A stretch of 64,000 bases of DNA, from the NCBI GenBank assembly GCA_965601925.1, contig OZ271854.1, forward strand, positions 4,512,001 through 4,576,000, in the 5' to 3' direction. Shown piece by piece: positions 9,787 to 21,349 of this stretch. The position numbers and the translations under genes were made by a program. This DNA comes from Alkalispirochaeta sp. Lineage in GTDB: Bacteria > Spirochaetota > Spirochaetia > DSM-27196 > Alkalispirochaetaceae. The notes below the pieces were generated by a model that searched no databases, was not told where the DNA came from, and saw only the letters and a list, made by a program, of their open reading frames with translations. Each line of letters begins with the position of its first letter. The stretch's first letter is position 1.

Positions 9787-11123
9787 GTTCCCACCCTTTT
9801 GTAGTCCGCCATGGCACGGCGGATCGTAGACACCAACTCGGCGACCGGGACGCGCACCTGTTCCATCGAGTCGCGGTGGCGCAACGTCACGGTATCGTCG
9901 GTCTTGGTATCGTAGTCGACGGTCACGCAGTACGGCGTTCCGACCTCGTCCTGGCGGCGATACCGCCGGCCGATGGCGCCGGACTGGTCGTAGAAGGTGG
10001 CAAAATCCTCTCGGAGCAGCATATCGATCTCCCGCGCTCTCTCGGCGAGGCCGTCCTTCTTTACGAGGGGGAAGACGCCGACCTGAACCGGCGCGACCTT
10101 GGGATGCAACCGCAGGACGGTACGCACGTCGTTCTCACCGACCTCCTCCTCCTCGTAGGCGTCGCACAGAACCATCAGGAGACTCCGAGTGAGTCCCGCC
10201 GAGGTCTCGATGATATAGGGCACGAAGCGCTCCTTCGTCTCCTCGTCCAGGTAGTTGATCTCCTTGCCGGAGAACTCGCCGTGGCGCGATAGGTCGAAGT
10301 CGGTCCGGTTGTGGATGCCCTCCAGCTCCTGCCAGCCGAAAGGAAACTCGTACTGAATGTCGAAGGCCGCTTTGGCGTAATGCGCCAACTCATCCGGTCC
10401 GTGCTCCTCAAAACGCAGGCGGTCCATCCGGATACCGAGCTTGTCGTAGTAGGCCATGCGGGCCGCCTTCCACGTCTCGAACCACGTCTCGTCGTCGCCC
10501 GGCTTTACGAAGTACTGCATCTCCATCTGCTCAAACTCGACGGTACGAAAGATGAAGTTTTTGGTTACGATCTCGTTTCGAAATGCTTTGCCGACCTGGG
10601 CGATTCCGAAGGGGATCTTCACCCGGGAGGTCTGCACTACATTCTTGAAGTTGACGTAAATCCCCTGGGCGGTCTCGGGGCGTAGGTAGACGCGGCTGGC
10701 GGAATCGCGAGCCGGACCGAGGTGCGTCTCGAACATGAGGTTGAACTCGCGCGGCTCCGAAAGCGGATTCCCCTTGGGGCTCGTTTTGGTCTCGCGTTGC
10801 TCCTCCGTGAGGTGGTCCCATCGAAAGCGCTCGTTGGTAACCGTATCCTCAACCATAACATCGGAGAAGCTGTCGACGTGCCCCGACGCCTTCCAGACGG
10901 TGGGATGCATGAGGATCGCCGCATCGAGTCCCACAATGTTGTCGTGGAGCTGCGTCATCTCCTTCCACCAAAAGCGTTGGATATTGTGCTTGAGCTCGAC
11001 TCCCAAGGGACCGTAATCCCACGCCGAGGCGAGGCCGCCGTAGATCTCCGACGACGGGAAAATAAAGCCCCTGCGCTTCGAGAGACTGACGATCTTGTCC
11101 ATTACCTTGGGATCAACGCTCAT
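9783..11123 (-). CDS. glyQS: Glycine--tRNA ligase (alpha2 type)
   Basis: YLRPETAQG, FRNEI, EFEQME, ELAHYA, IGRRYRRQDEVG. Confidence 0.97.
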   Translation of the reverse strand: MSVDPKVMDKIVSLSKRRGFIFPSSEIYGGLASAWDYGPLGVELKHNIQRFWWKEMTQLHDNIVGLDAAILMHPTVWKASGHVDSFSDVMVEDTVTNERFRWDHLTEEQRETKTSPKGNPLSEPREFNLMFETHLGPARDSASRVYLRPETAQGIYVNFKNVVQTSRVKIPFGIAQVGKAFRNEIVTKNFIFRTVEFEQMEMQYFVKPGDDETWFETWKAARMAYYDKLGIRMDRLRFEEHGPDELAHYAKAAFDIQYEFPFGWQELEGIHNRTDFDLSRHGEFSGKEINYLDEETKERFVPYIIETSAGLTRSLLMVLCDAYEEEEVGENDVRTVLRLHPKVAPVQVGVFPLVKKDGLAERAREIDMLLREDFATFYDQSGAIGRRYRRQDEVGTPYCVTVDYDTKTDDTVTLRHRDSMEQVRVPVAELVSTIRRAMADYKRVGT

Positions 11124-11219
11124 TGTTCTGTTCTCCTTGTATCCTTCTCTCGTCGGTCGGTACCGACGATGTTCGTTTCCTACGGTGCGACACGCGGCGG
11201 TATATCGGCCCCGGACGCC

Positions 11220-12725
11220 TTATACGCCCTTCGCGGCGGCTTTGAGGACCGCTCGGGCACCCTCGATCCGCCGCATAGCCGCGTCCTTGCCGAGCTCCCG
11301 GATGCTTCCGATGAGGGGCGGCGACACCTTGCTGCCGGTAACGGCGACCCTGAGCGTCATCATGAGATTGCCCAACTTCGTCCCTTCGCGTTCGGCGGCG
11401 GCGCGAAACGCCTCGTTGAGCGTCTCTTCTCCCCCTTCGTCGCCCGAGTCCGGGAGGTCGCGTTCGTCGAGTACGGCCCGCGCGGCGTCCAACCACCGCA
11501 ACGCCTCCGATGCCGCCGCCTTCTTCGGTATAAGCTCCTCGAGCGGCCATTCGCGCACATCTTCGTACACGAAGCGCAACAGCGGCACCACGTCGGAGAG
11601 CACCTTCAACCGCTCTCGGACGAGGGGCAGAAGCGCCGCGAGCCGCACTCTGCCGGCGGACTCGTCCGTCGCCTCGATCCACCCCGCATCTCGCACGTAG
11701 GGTAGCAGTGCATCGACGAGCCGCTCATCGTCATAGCGCCGGATGTATTGACCGTTGTACCAATCCAGCTTCTTGTAGTCGAAGATCGCCGGCGCTTTAT
11801 TGATCTTCTCGATCGAGAAGAGCTCTTCCAGCTCCTCACGCGAAAAAAACTCTCGCGAGTCGTCGTAGGACCAGCCGAGCATACTGACGTAGTTGGTCGT
11901 CGCCTCCGGAAGATATCCCTGAGCGCGAAAGTCGATGAGGCTCGTGGAACCGTGTCGCTTCGAGAGCTTGCTACCGTCTTTCCCCATGACCATCGGCAGG
12001 TGGGCGAAACGCGGCGGCTCCCATCCGAACGCCTCGTAGATCAACAGATGCAGTGGTGTCGAAGGTACCCACTCCTGGGCGCGCAGCACGTGCGTAATCG
12101 CCATGGCGTGATCGTCGACGACGTTTGCCAGGTGATAGGTGGGAAAGCCGTCGGATTTAAGGAGGATCGGGTCCGGCGGTAGATCCTTATGCTTGCGCTT
12201 TACTCGACCCAACACCGCGTCTTCGAACTCCGTCTGCCCCTCCGACGGCACCAAAAGTCGCAGCACGGGCTTTACCCCCGCGGCGACGTACTCCGCTATG
12301 CGTTCGGGCGAGAGAGACCGCCCCTCGTGACGGTACGTCCCGCCGTGCGTGTCCTTCTCGACCTCGCCCTCCGCCTCGTCGGCAGCTCGATCACTCGTAT
12401 AATCCCAGTACGCACGCCCGGCATTCACGAGCTCATCCGCGCGGTCGCGATAGAGGTCCAGGCGCTCCGACTGCACGTAGGGACCGAAATCGCCGCCTAC
12501 GGCCGGGCTCTCGTCGGCGCGGATACCCAGCCAATCGAAGGTGTCGTATATGTCCTGGAGCGATCGCGGATCGAAGCGCGTTCGGTCGGTATCCTCGACG
12601 CGGAGGACGAAGGCGCCACCGTGGGATCTGGCGAAAAAATAGTTAAACAGCGCCGTTCGGACGCCCCCGATATGCTGCATGCCCGTCGGGGACGGGGCGT
12701 ATCGTACTCGTACGTTCGTCTTCAT
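11220..12725 (-). CDS. gltX: Glutamate--tRNA ligase
   Basis: RYAPSPTG, HIGG, LRVEDTD, PTYHLANVVDD, KLSKR. Confidence 0.97.
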   Translation of the reverse strand: MKTNVRVRYAPSPTGMQHIGGVRTALFNYFFARSHGGAFVLRVEDTDRTRFDPRSLQDIYDTFDWLGIRADESPAVGGDFGPYVQSERLDLYRDRADELVNAGRAYWDYTSDRAADEAEGEVEKDTHGGTYRHEGRSLSPERIAEYVAAGVKPVLRLLVPSEGQTEFEDAVLGRVKRKHKDLPPDPILLKSDGFPTYHLANVVDDHAMAITHVLRAQEWVPSTPLHLLIYEAFGWEPPRFAHLPMVMGKDGSKLSKRHGSTSLIDFRAQGYLPEATTNYVSMLGWSYDDSREFFSREELEELFSIEKINKAPAIFDYKKLDWYNGQYIRRYDDERLVDALLPYVRDAGWIEATDESAGRVRLAALLPLVRERLKVLSDVVPLLRFVYEDVREWPLEELIPKKAAASEALRWLDAARAVLDERDLPDSGDEGGEETLNEAFRAAAEREGTKLGNLMMTLRVAVTGSKVSPPLIGSIRELGKDAAMRRIEGARAVLKAAAKGV

Positions 12726-12737
12726 CGATGTCAGGCG

Positions 12738-12766
12738 ATTATATAGAGGCGCACGCGACGACTCAA
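12738..12766 (-). promoter_or_regulatory. Sigma70 promoter of gltX-glyQS-tyrS operon
   Basis: TTGAGT-17-TATAAT ending 12 nt before the ATG. Confidence 0.75.
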
Positions 12767-12800
12767 GTTGGCCGGTCGCACGTACACATGCACAAGCCGA

Positions 12801-14027
12801 TCAATCCTGTCGATAGTAACTCAGGAAATCCCCGATCTCGTGGACAGCACGGCGTAGCTGCTCGCGATCGGGCAAAAAGACGATACGAAAGTGGTCCGGC
12901 GTAGGCCAGTTGAATCCCCGTCCCTGTACTACGAGGATTTTCTTCTCTACCAAGAGGTCGTAGACGAAGCGTTCATCGTCGGTGATATTGAACCGTTTTG
13001 TATCGATTTTGGGGAACAGATACAGCGCGCCTCTCGGCTTCACCGCACTGAGCCCCGGCACGTCGTTAATCAGCTCCCACGCCGCATCGCGCTGCTCCCT
13101 GAGCCGCCCTCCCGGCAGGACCAGATCCTGAATGCTCTGATATCCGCCCAAGGCGGCCTGAATCGCAAACTGCGCCGGCGCATTGGAGCACAATCGCATG
13201 TTGGACAGGATATCCAACCCCTCACGATAGTCCTTGATCATCGACAGACGCCCGCCCAGCACCATCCACCCCGCGCGAAATCCCGCGGCACGATACGCCT
13301 TGGACAACCCGTTGAGAACGATGCACGGTACTTCCTTGCAGTACGTCGAAATCGAGACGTGCTCATACCCGTCGTAGGTGATTTTGTCATAGATCTCGTC
13401 GGCAAAGACGAACAGTTGATGTTCCACCGCGACGCTATGGAGGCGTTCGATAATCTCCCGCGGATAAACGGCACCGGTCGGGTTATTGGGCGTAATGACG
13501 ACGATCGCCCGGGTGCGCTCGGTAATCTTGGAGCGGATATCGTCGATATCGGGGTTCCAATCCGACGCTTCGTCGCAGACATAGTGTACGGGCTTTCCAC
13601 CGGCGAGATGCACTGCGGCGGTCCACAACGGATAATCGGGGCTCGGAATCAACACTTCGTCGCCGTTATTCAAAAGCGCCTGCATGCTCATGACGATGAG
13701 CTCGCTTACCCCGTTGCCGATGTAGATGTCCTCGGTCTGAACGTCCAAGAGTCCTTTCGCTTGGTAGTGCTGCATGACCGCCTTACGGGCGGCAAAGATA
13801 CCCTTGCTGTCGACGTAACCCTGCGCTTCCCGCAGGTTTACGATTACGTCGTGAAGCAACTCGTCGGGTGCGTCGAATCCGAACGGAGCGGGATTTCCAA
13901 TGTTGAGTTTAGCGACTTTGAATCCTTCTTCCTCCAGACGCTGGGCCTCCTGGAGGACGGGACCGCGGATGTCGTAGCATACGTCGGCAAGCTTGTCCGA
14001 CTTTGCGAAATCTCTACCGGGATTCAA
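12801..14027 (-). CDS. alaA: PLP-dependent aminotransferase, AlaA/YfbQ type
   Basis: CYDIRGPV, KLNIGNPAPFG, PNNPTGAVY, DEIYDK, GLSKAYR; TTG start. Confidence 0.9.
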   Translation of the reverse strand: MNPGRDFAKSDKLADVCYDIRGPVLQEAQRLEEEGFKVAKLNIGNPAPFGFDAPDELLHDVIVNLREAQGYVDSKGIFAARKAVMQHYQAKGLLDVQTEDIYIGNGVSELIVMSMQALLNNGDEVLIPSPDYPLWTAAVHLAGGKPVHYVCDEASDWNPDIDDIRSKITERTRAIVVITPNNPTGAVYPREIIERLHSVAVEHQLFVFADEIYDKITYDGYEHVSISTYCKEVPCIVLNGLSKAYRAAGFRAGWMVLGGRLSMIKDYREGLDILSNMRLCSNAPAQFAIQAALGGYQSIQDLVLPGGRLREQRDAAWELINDVPGLSAVKPRGALYLFPKIDTKRFNITDDERFVYDLLVEKKILVVQGRGFNWPTPDHFRIVFLPDREQLRRAVHEIGDFLSYYRQD

Positions 14028-14851
14028 TCGGTCCTCCCATTCGTCTCGTCGACCGGATAAAGCCAGTCCTCAACGTGGCGCAGGAACTTGCTCAGTACCA
14101 ACACGTGCAATTCATTCCGTTCGCCGTCGACGCGTTTTCGCCACTCTTTGCGCGTCATATCCGCGACGATACGCTTCCGTGCCGTCTCGACGACATCCGC
14201 CGCCGACGCTTCGCTGCGGCCGTAGCTGTCGAGAAGGTACGCGCTTACGGCGAGAAGTACCCCGGGTTTGAGTCTGGAACACAGATCTTCCAGGATCTGT
14301 CGCGCCGTGGGCAGTTTCTGTTGCAACATGAGCGCGAAGGCGTAGTGCCACTTCAGCCAATCCGCATCTCGCGCCGATGCCGAGTCGACGAACTCGGCGT
14401 AATAGCGCTCCATCTCTTCTCCGTTGTTGGATAACAGGTGCGGTATCCCAAGCATGAGTGCGCTGCGACGTAGCGCTTGCGGTCGGTTTCGCCGTAGCTC
14501 TTCCTCGATTCTGGATATCGATTCGCCGCGAGAGTTGACGACGTAGGCATTCACCAGCAGTCGCAGGTTGCTCTGCGAATAGCGGCGACGGCGAAACACA
14601 CGATCTTCCAGGATGGTGATGACCCGATCCCAGTCCTCCTCTTCCAGAGAGGCGAACAGGCGCCAGTTCCGCGCAAAGTAGATATTCAGAACCGCCAACA
14701 CGAATGCGAACAGCAACGTAAGATACCAGTTGTTGCTCCAGAAGACTTGTGTGTAATCCCATCCGAGAAAAAACGCGGGCATCAAAAAAACGAAAAGAAA
14801 TGACACACAAATGAGAATATTGAAGACGATGAAGATAGCCTTAAGTTTCAC
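14024..14851 (-). CDS. Conserved spirochaete membrane protein of unknown function
   Basis: Two N-terminal TM helices then helical TPR-like region; divergent from HD-GYP gene. Confidence 0.7.
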   Translation of the reverse strand: MKLKAIFIVFNILICVSFLFVFLMPAFFLGWDYTQVFWSNNWYLTLLFAFVLAVLNIYFARNWRLFASLEEEDWDRVITILEDRVFRRRRYSQSNLRLLVNAYVVNSRGESISRIEEELRRNRPQALRRSALMLGIPHLLSNNGEEMERYYAEFVDSASARDADWLKWHYAFALMLQQKLPTARQILEDLCSRLKPGVLLAVSAYLLDSYGRSEASAADVVETARKRIVADMTRKEWRKRVDGERNELHVLVLSKFLRHVEDWLYPVDETNGRTD

Positions 14852-14921
14852 GCCGTTTTTCCGTTATACTGAACAGCGGCAGTCTAATATGAGGCCATAT
14901 GAGGGTCAATGGTGAGGCAAA

Positions 14922-16085
14922 ATGAATAAGATATTGACTTCCCAAATCACCGACGGCATGTTCTTAACCCAAGAGACGTTTTTGGACGAGAAGTTCATCC
15001 TCCTCTCTCCGGAAATACCGGTCGATCAGACGCTCATAGATCGCCTTAACCGTTGGGGATTCGAATATCTGATGACCGGTGGAGAGATATCGACCGAACC
15101 TCCCGTCTCCACGGCTCCCGCGGTAGCAAGCGAGGAGGCGCCGCTGGCGGCGATCGATCAAGGTCGTCGCGACGGGCGCGAGATGGCCGAGACGCAGAAG
15201 CACTACGAAGAGTATCTGCATTTCACCGAGCAACTGTTCAGCAACTATCTTCAGAACAATCTCCTACCCATTGCGCCGATTCAGGGGAAGGTCAAGAACC
15301 TCATGGAGTTGATGCGCGAGCGCAAGCAGTATCTGCTGCGTATTCCCGCGCTCGATCCGGGAAGTACGAACTACATCGTCGACCACGCCGTGAAAACGGC
15401 GGTCATCGCCCTCGCAACGGCAACGGCGATGAAGATGCCGCCCCACCGGTTGATCGATATCGCGACGATCGCACTCGTTCACGAGATCGGAATGCTGCGT
15501 CTGCCGAACCAACTCTACATGAGCAACCGTGATCTCAATGACAAGGAGAAAAAGGCGGTATCGACTCACCCCGTTTTGGGTTTCAAAATTCTGCGACAGT
15601 TCAACTACCCGATGCAGATCTGTCTCGGCGTTCTGGAGGGACGCGAAAACGTCGACGGCTCGGGATATCCCCGCGGCCTGACGACGGAGAAGATCTCGAC
15701 CTACGCGAAAATTATCAATCCCGCGAGTACCTTCTCGGCCATGACCTCTCCACGTCCGTATCGACCGGCCATCGACGGCCATACGACGATGAAGACGCTC
15801 CTCATGCGTCAGAACTCGTATTACGAAAAAGAGATACTGCAAGCGATGGTATCGGTATTGTCGCTCTTTCCCTTCGGCACCTACGTGCAGTTGGCCTCCG
15901 GAAGTCGCGCGATCGTCGTGGACGTCGATCCGGATCGCGCGCGAGCACCGTATGTGCGGGTACTGACCGACAGTAACGGCATCCCCATCAAGGAACAGGT
16001 CATCACCGCCACCTCGGGAAACGAACACGCCGTAACCGGCGTACTCTCGACCGAGGAGATTGAACGGATTCGCCACGTCTCGTAA
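14922..16085 (+). CDS. HD-GYP domain protein with degenerate metal ligands
   Basis: DGSGYPRG, HPVLG, RPYRP; HE in place of HD. Confidence 0.85.
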   Translation: MNKILTSQITDGMFLTQETFLDEKFILLSPEIPVDQTLIDRLNRWGFEYLMTGGEISTEPPVSTAPAVASEEAPLAAIDQGRRDGREMAETQKHYEEYLHFTEQLFSNYLQNNLLPIAPIQGKVKNLMELMRERKQYLLRIPALDPGSTNYIVDHAVKTAVIALATATAMKMPPHRLIDIATIALVHEIGMLRLPNQLYMSNRDLNDKEKKAVSTHPVLGFKILRQFNYPMQICLGVLEGRENVDGSGYPRGLTTEKISTYAKIINPASTFSAMTSPRPYRPAIDGHTTMKTLLMRQNSYYEKEILQAMVSVLSLFPFGTYVQLASGSRAIVVDVDPDRARAPYVRVLTDSNGIPIKEQVITATSGNEHAVTGVLSTEEIERIRHVS

Positions 16086-16117
16086 CCGCGGCTCGCATCC
16101 GTCCCGGTGGAGGTATT

Positions 16118-17776
16118 ATGCGCACGATTAACGTTATCATCTGCGAAGGCAAGAGCACGTCGCTACCGGTCGGCACGACCGTGGCCGACGCATTACGTGG
16201 ATGCCGCGAGCCGGCGGAAGATACGCCGATGGTCGCGGCGTTCGTCAACAACGAGACGCGTTCTCTCAGTTATCGTCTCGGCATCAACGCCGAAATCGCC
16301 CCGATCTTCCTCGCCACCGCCGAGGGGCAGCGCGTCTATCGGCGCAGTTTGTGCTACGCCCTGGCGATCGCGGCGGATCGCGTCCTTCCTCGGACACGCC
16401 TGTTAGTGGGCCACTCACTCGGAAACGCCTACTACTACTCGTTCGACGACGCGGGCGTGACCGATGCAGCGCTTGCGGGCTTGAGAGATGAGCTCATGCG
16501 CCTCGTGGGAGAGGACCTCCCGATCGAGCGCGACGTGGTGGCGTATAACGATGCGCTGGAGTACTTTGAGCGTCGGCGCATGTACGACGCAGCGTTGTTG
16601 GTAGAGCGCCATAACTACAGTGAGGTACCGGTGTATCGCTGCGGTACCTTCATGGATCTGTCCCACGGCCCACTCGTTCCCCGCACGGGACTGCTCACGA
16701 CGTGGAAGATCGAAGCGTACCAAGACGGCTTTCTCCTGGTGTTTCCATCGACGAGCGACCCGACGGTAGCCGATCCGGGAACGCCGAGTTCCATGCTTTT
16801 TGAAATCTACCGCGAATACAAAGAGTGGGGACGCGTACTCGGCATTTCATCCACCGGACAGCTCAATCGCTTGACCGAACGCGGCGAGATAAAGGAGTTC
16901 ATTCGCGTCGCCGAGGCGTTACATAACAAGAAGATCGCGAACATCGCCGACCGTATCGGAGAATCCGGAGAGAGCGAGAAGGCGGTACTGATCGCCGGTC
17001 CCTCGTCGTCCGGAAAGACGACGTTTACCAAAAAGTTGGCCGTGCAATTACGGGTCCTGGGGTACACGCCGATCATGATATCCCTGGACGACTACTTCGT
17101 CGCCAGAGAGCACACTCCCCGAGACGCCGACGGCAACTACGACTTCGAGAGTATTGAGGCGATCGACTTAAAGCTTCTCAACGACCATCTCGTCGGACTA
17201 TTCGACGGCGAGGAGATCGAGATACCGAGCTTCAACTTCAAGACCGGACAACCGGAGTATCGCGGGAACCGTCTACGCATTCCGCCGCGCGGAGTTGTGC
17301 TCATGGAGGGCATTCACGGCCTCAACGACCGGCTCACCGCCCGTATCGGCCGCGAGCGCAAGTTCAAAATTTACGTGTCGGCGCTGACACAGCTCAACTT
17401 GGACGACCACAATCGCATCAGCACCACCGATAATCGCCTTATCCGCCGCATTGTGCGCGACCACCAGTTTCGCGGTCATAGCGCGGTGGCGACGCTCGGC
17501 ATGTGGCCGTCGGTTCGACGCGGCGAGAACCTCAACATATTTCCGTTTCAGGACTCGGTCGACGCCGCGTTCAACACCGCGCTGGATTATGAGCTGGGAG
17601 TGTTACGCAACTACGCCGAGCCGCTCCTCCGGCACGTCAAACCGAAAGATGCGGTGTATCACGAGGCGGTGCGCCTTCAGACCTTCTTGCGAAACTTTAC
17701 GGCTATTCCCGCGAAACTCGTTCCCGACGAATCGATCCTGAGGGAGTTCATCGGCGACAGCGGCTTTCACTATTGA
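16118..17776 (+). CDS. Uridine/nucleoside kinase with N-terminal TGS/ThrRS-like domain
   Basis: SD GGAGG; Walker A AGPSSSGKTT; SLDDYF; MEGIHGLN; RRIVRD. Confidence 0.85.
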   Translation: MRTINVIICEGKSTSLPVGTTVADALRGCREPAEDTPMVAAFVNNETRSLSYRLGINAEIAPIFLATAEGQRVYRRSLCYALAIAADRVLPRTRLLVGHSLGNAYYYSFDDAGVTDAALAGLRDELMRLVGEDLPIERDVVAYNDALEYFERRRMYDAALLVERHNYSEVPVYRCGTFMDLSHGPLVPRTGLLTTWKIEAYQDGFLLVFPSTSDPTVADPGTPSSMLFEIYREYKEWGRVLGISSTGQLNRLTERGEIKEFIRVAEALHNKKIANIADRIGESGESEKAVLIAGPSSSGKTTFTKKLAVQLRVLGYTPIMISLDDYFVAREHTPRDADGNYDFESIEAIDLKLLNDHLVGLFDGEEIEIPSFNFKTGQPEYRGNRLRIPPRGVVLMEGIHGLNDRLTARIGRERKFKIYVSALTQLNLDDHNRISTTDNRLIRRIVRDHQFRGHSAVATLGMWPSVRRGENLNIFPFQDSVDAAFNTALDYELGVLRNYAEPLLRHVKPKDAVYHEAVRLQTFLRNFTAIPAKLVPDESILREFIGDSGFHY

Positions 17777-18510
17777 GCCTCTCGGTTCGTCGCCCCCAAC
17801 GCCAGACCGCGTTGCATCATCGCCCCGGCATCCCACTCGCCCCAGTGGGCCGGAAGCGTTCGTTCGTCCCGCAGCCTCGCGAGGGTGCGAAGGAAGTGGG
17901 AGCGCGGAATATCCTCGGCGCCGAAACTCGCGAGATAGTCGGTATGCGACTGACAATCGAGCGTCGTCAGCTCCCACGCGTCCAAGAGCCCGACCAGTGC
18001 GATGAGCGCCAGCTTGCTTGCGTCGCGTGCGCGTGAAAACATCGACTCGCCGGCAAAGAGCGCGCCGACCGCAACGCCGTACAATCCGCCGACGAGCCTC
18101 GTCCCGTCCCATACCTCGACGGAGTGGGCGTGCCCCAGGCGATGCAGTTCGCAGTATGCCTCCTCCATTTCGGCCGTGATCCAAGTTCCCGTGTCGTCGG
18201 ACAGCCGCGTAGCGCGACAGGCGTGAATCACCTCGCCGAAAGCGCGGTCGAAGGTCGCGGAAAACGGACTACCGCGTACGGTCCGCCGAAGTCGCGAGGG
18301 GACGCGAAAACGATCGAGCTGAAGCACGAAGCGTGGATCGGGAGAAAACCAGAGAATGGGAGGCTCTTCGTACCACGGGAAGATTCCCTGCTCGTACGCC
18401 GAGAGAAGCACTCCGGGGGAGAGATTCCCCCCCTGTGCAACCACCCCCCACGGGTTGGCCTGCTCGGGAGGGGGGAAGCGAATGCGCATCGCCTGATCGA
18501 AGTAGTCCAT
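17770..18510 (-). CDS. aat: Leucyl/phenylalanyl-tRNA--protein transferase
   Basis: AYEQGIFPW, WFSPDPR, GTWIT, AHSVEVW, GESMFS, DASK, DCQ. Confidence 0.95.
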   Translation of the reverse strand: MDYFDQAMRIRFPPPEQANPWGVVAQGGNLSPGVLLSAYEQGIFPWYEEPPILWFSPDPRFVLQLDRFRVPSRLRRTVRGSPFSATFDRAFGEVIHACRATRLSDDTGTWITAEMEEAYCELHRLGHAHSVEVWDGTRLVGGLYGVAVGALFAGESMFSRARDASKLALIALVGLLDAWELTTLDCQSHTDYLASFGAEDIPRSHFLRTLARLRDERTLPAHWGEWDAGAMMQRGLALGATNREAQ

Positions 18511-18545
18511 CGTGCGAAGGCGGTCGGGCCGGAAGAGCGGGGTGC

Positions 18546-20990
<2,445 letters not shown>

Positions 20991-20994
20991 AATG

Positions 20995-21315
20995 TTACGG
21001 TGCCTCCTCGAGCGTACACTTGAGAGGATATCCGTGGCGCTTGGCCATCTTACGTGTCTGATCGACCTTGGTCGCGCCTATATCGTACGGGTAGAGCCCT
21101 ACCAGCCCTCTCCCCTTCTTATGTACACTCATCATAATCGCATGTGCTTCTACCGGTGATTTGTAGAAGATCTTTTTTAACACCTCGACCACGAACTCCA
21201 TCGTCGTGTAGTCGTCGTTGTGCAGAACAACCTGATACTTCTTGGGCTCTTGCACCTTCCTTCGTGTCTTTTGTTTGAGTTGTTCCCCTCCGCCGGGAAC
21301 CATCGGTCCGCTCAT
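20995..21315 (-). CDS. clpS: ClpAP adaptor ClpS
   Basis: YQVVLHNDDYTTMEFVV, MMSVHKKG, YPLKCTLE. Confidence 0.95.
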   Translation of the reverse strand: MSGPMVPGGGEQLKQKTRRKVQEPKKYQVVLHNDDYTTMEFVVEVLKKIFYKSPVEAHAIMMSVHKKGRGLVGLYPYDIGATKVDQTRKMAKRHGYPLKCTLEEAP

Positions 21316-21349
21316 ATCATGTAGAAGGTATTTCAAAAGGAAGCAAACG

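Noticed and set aside
11124..12800. T-box leaders for the aminoacyl-tRNA synthetase genes
   Set aside because: Leaders are too short (promoter 12 nt from gltX ATG; 96-nt gltX-glyQS gap) and no GGTGGNACCGCG T-box consensus is present.
12891..14060. Long antisense and alternate-frame ORFs (e.g. 12891-14060, 53407-54507, 57251-58411)
   Set aside because: Shadow ORFs expected from high-GC codon bias opposite well-supported genes; no recognisable motifs.
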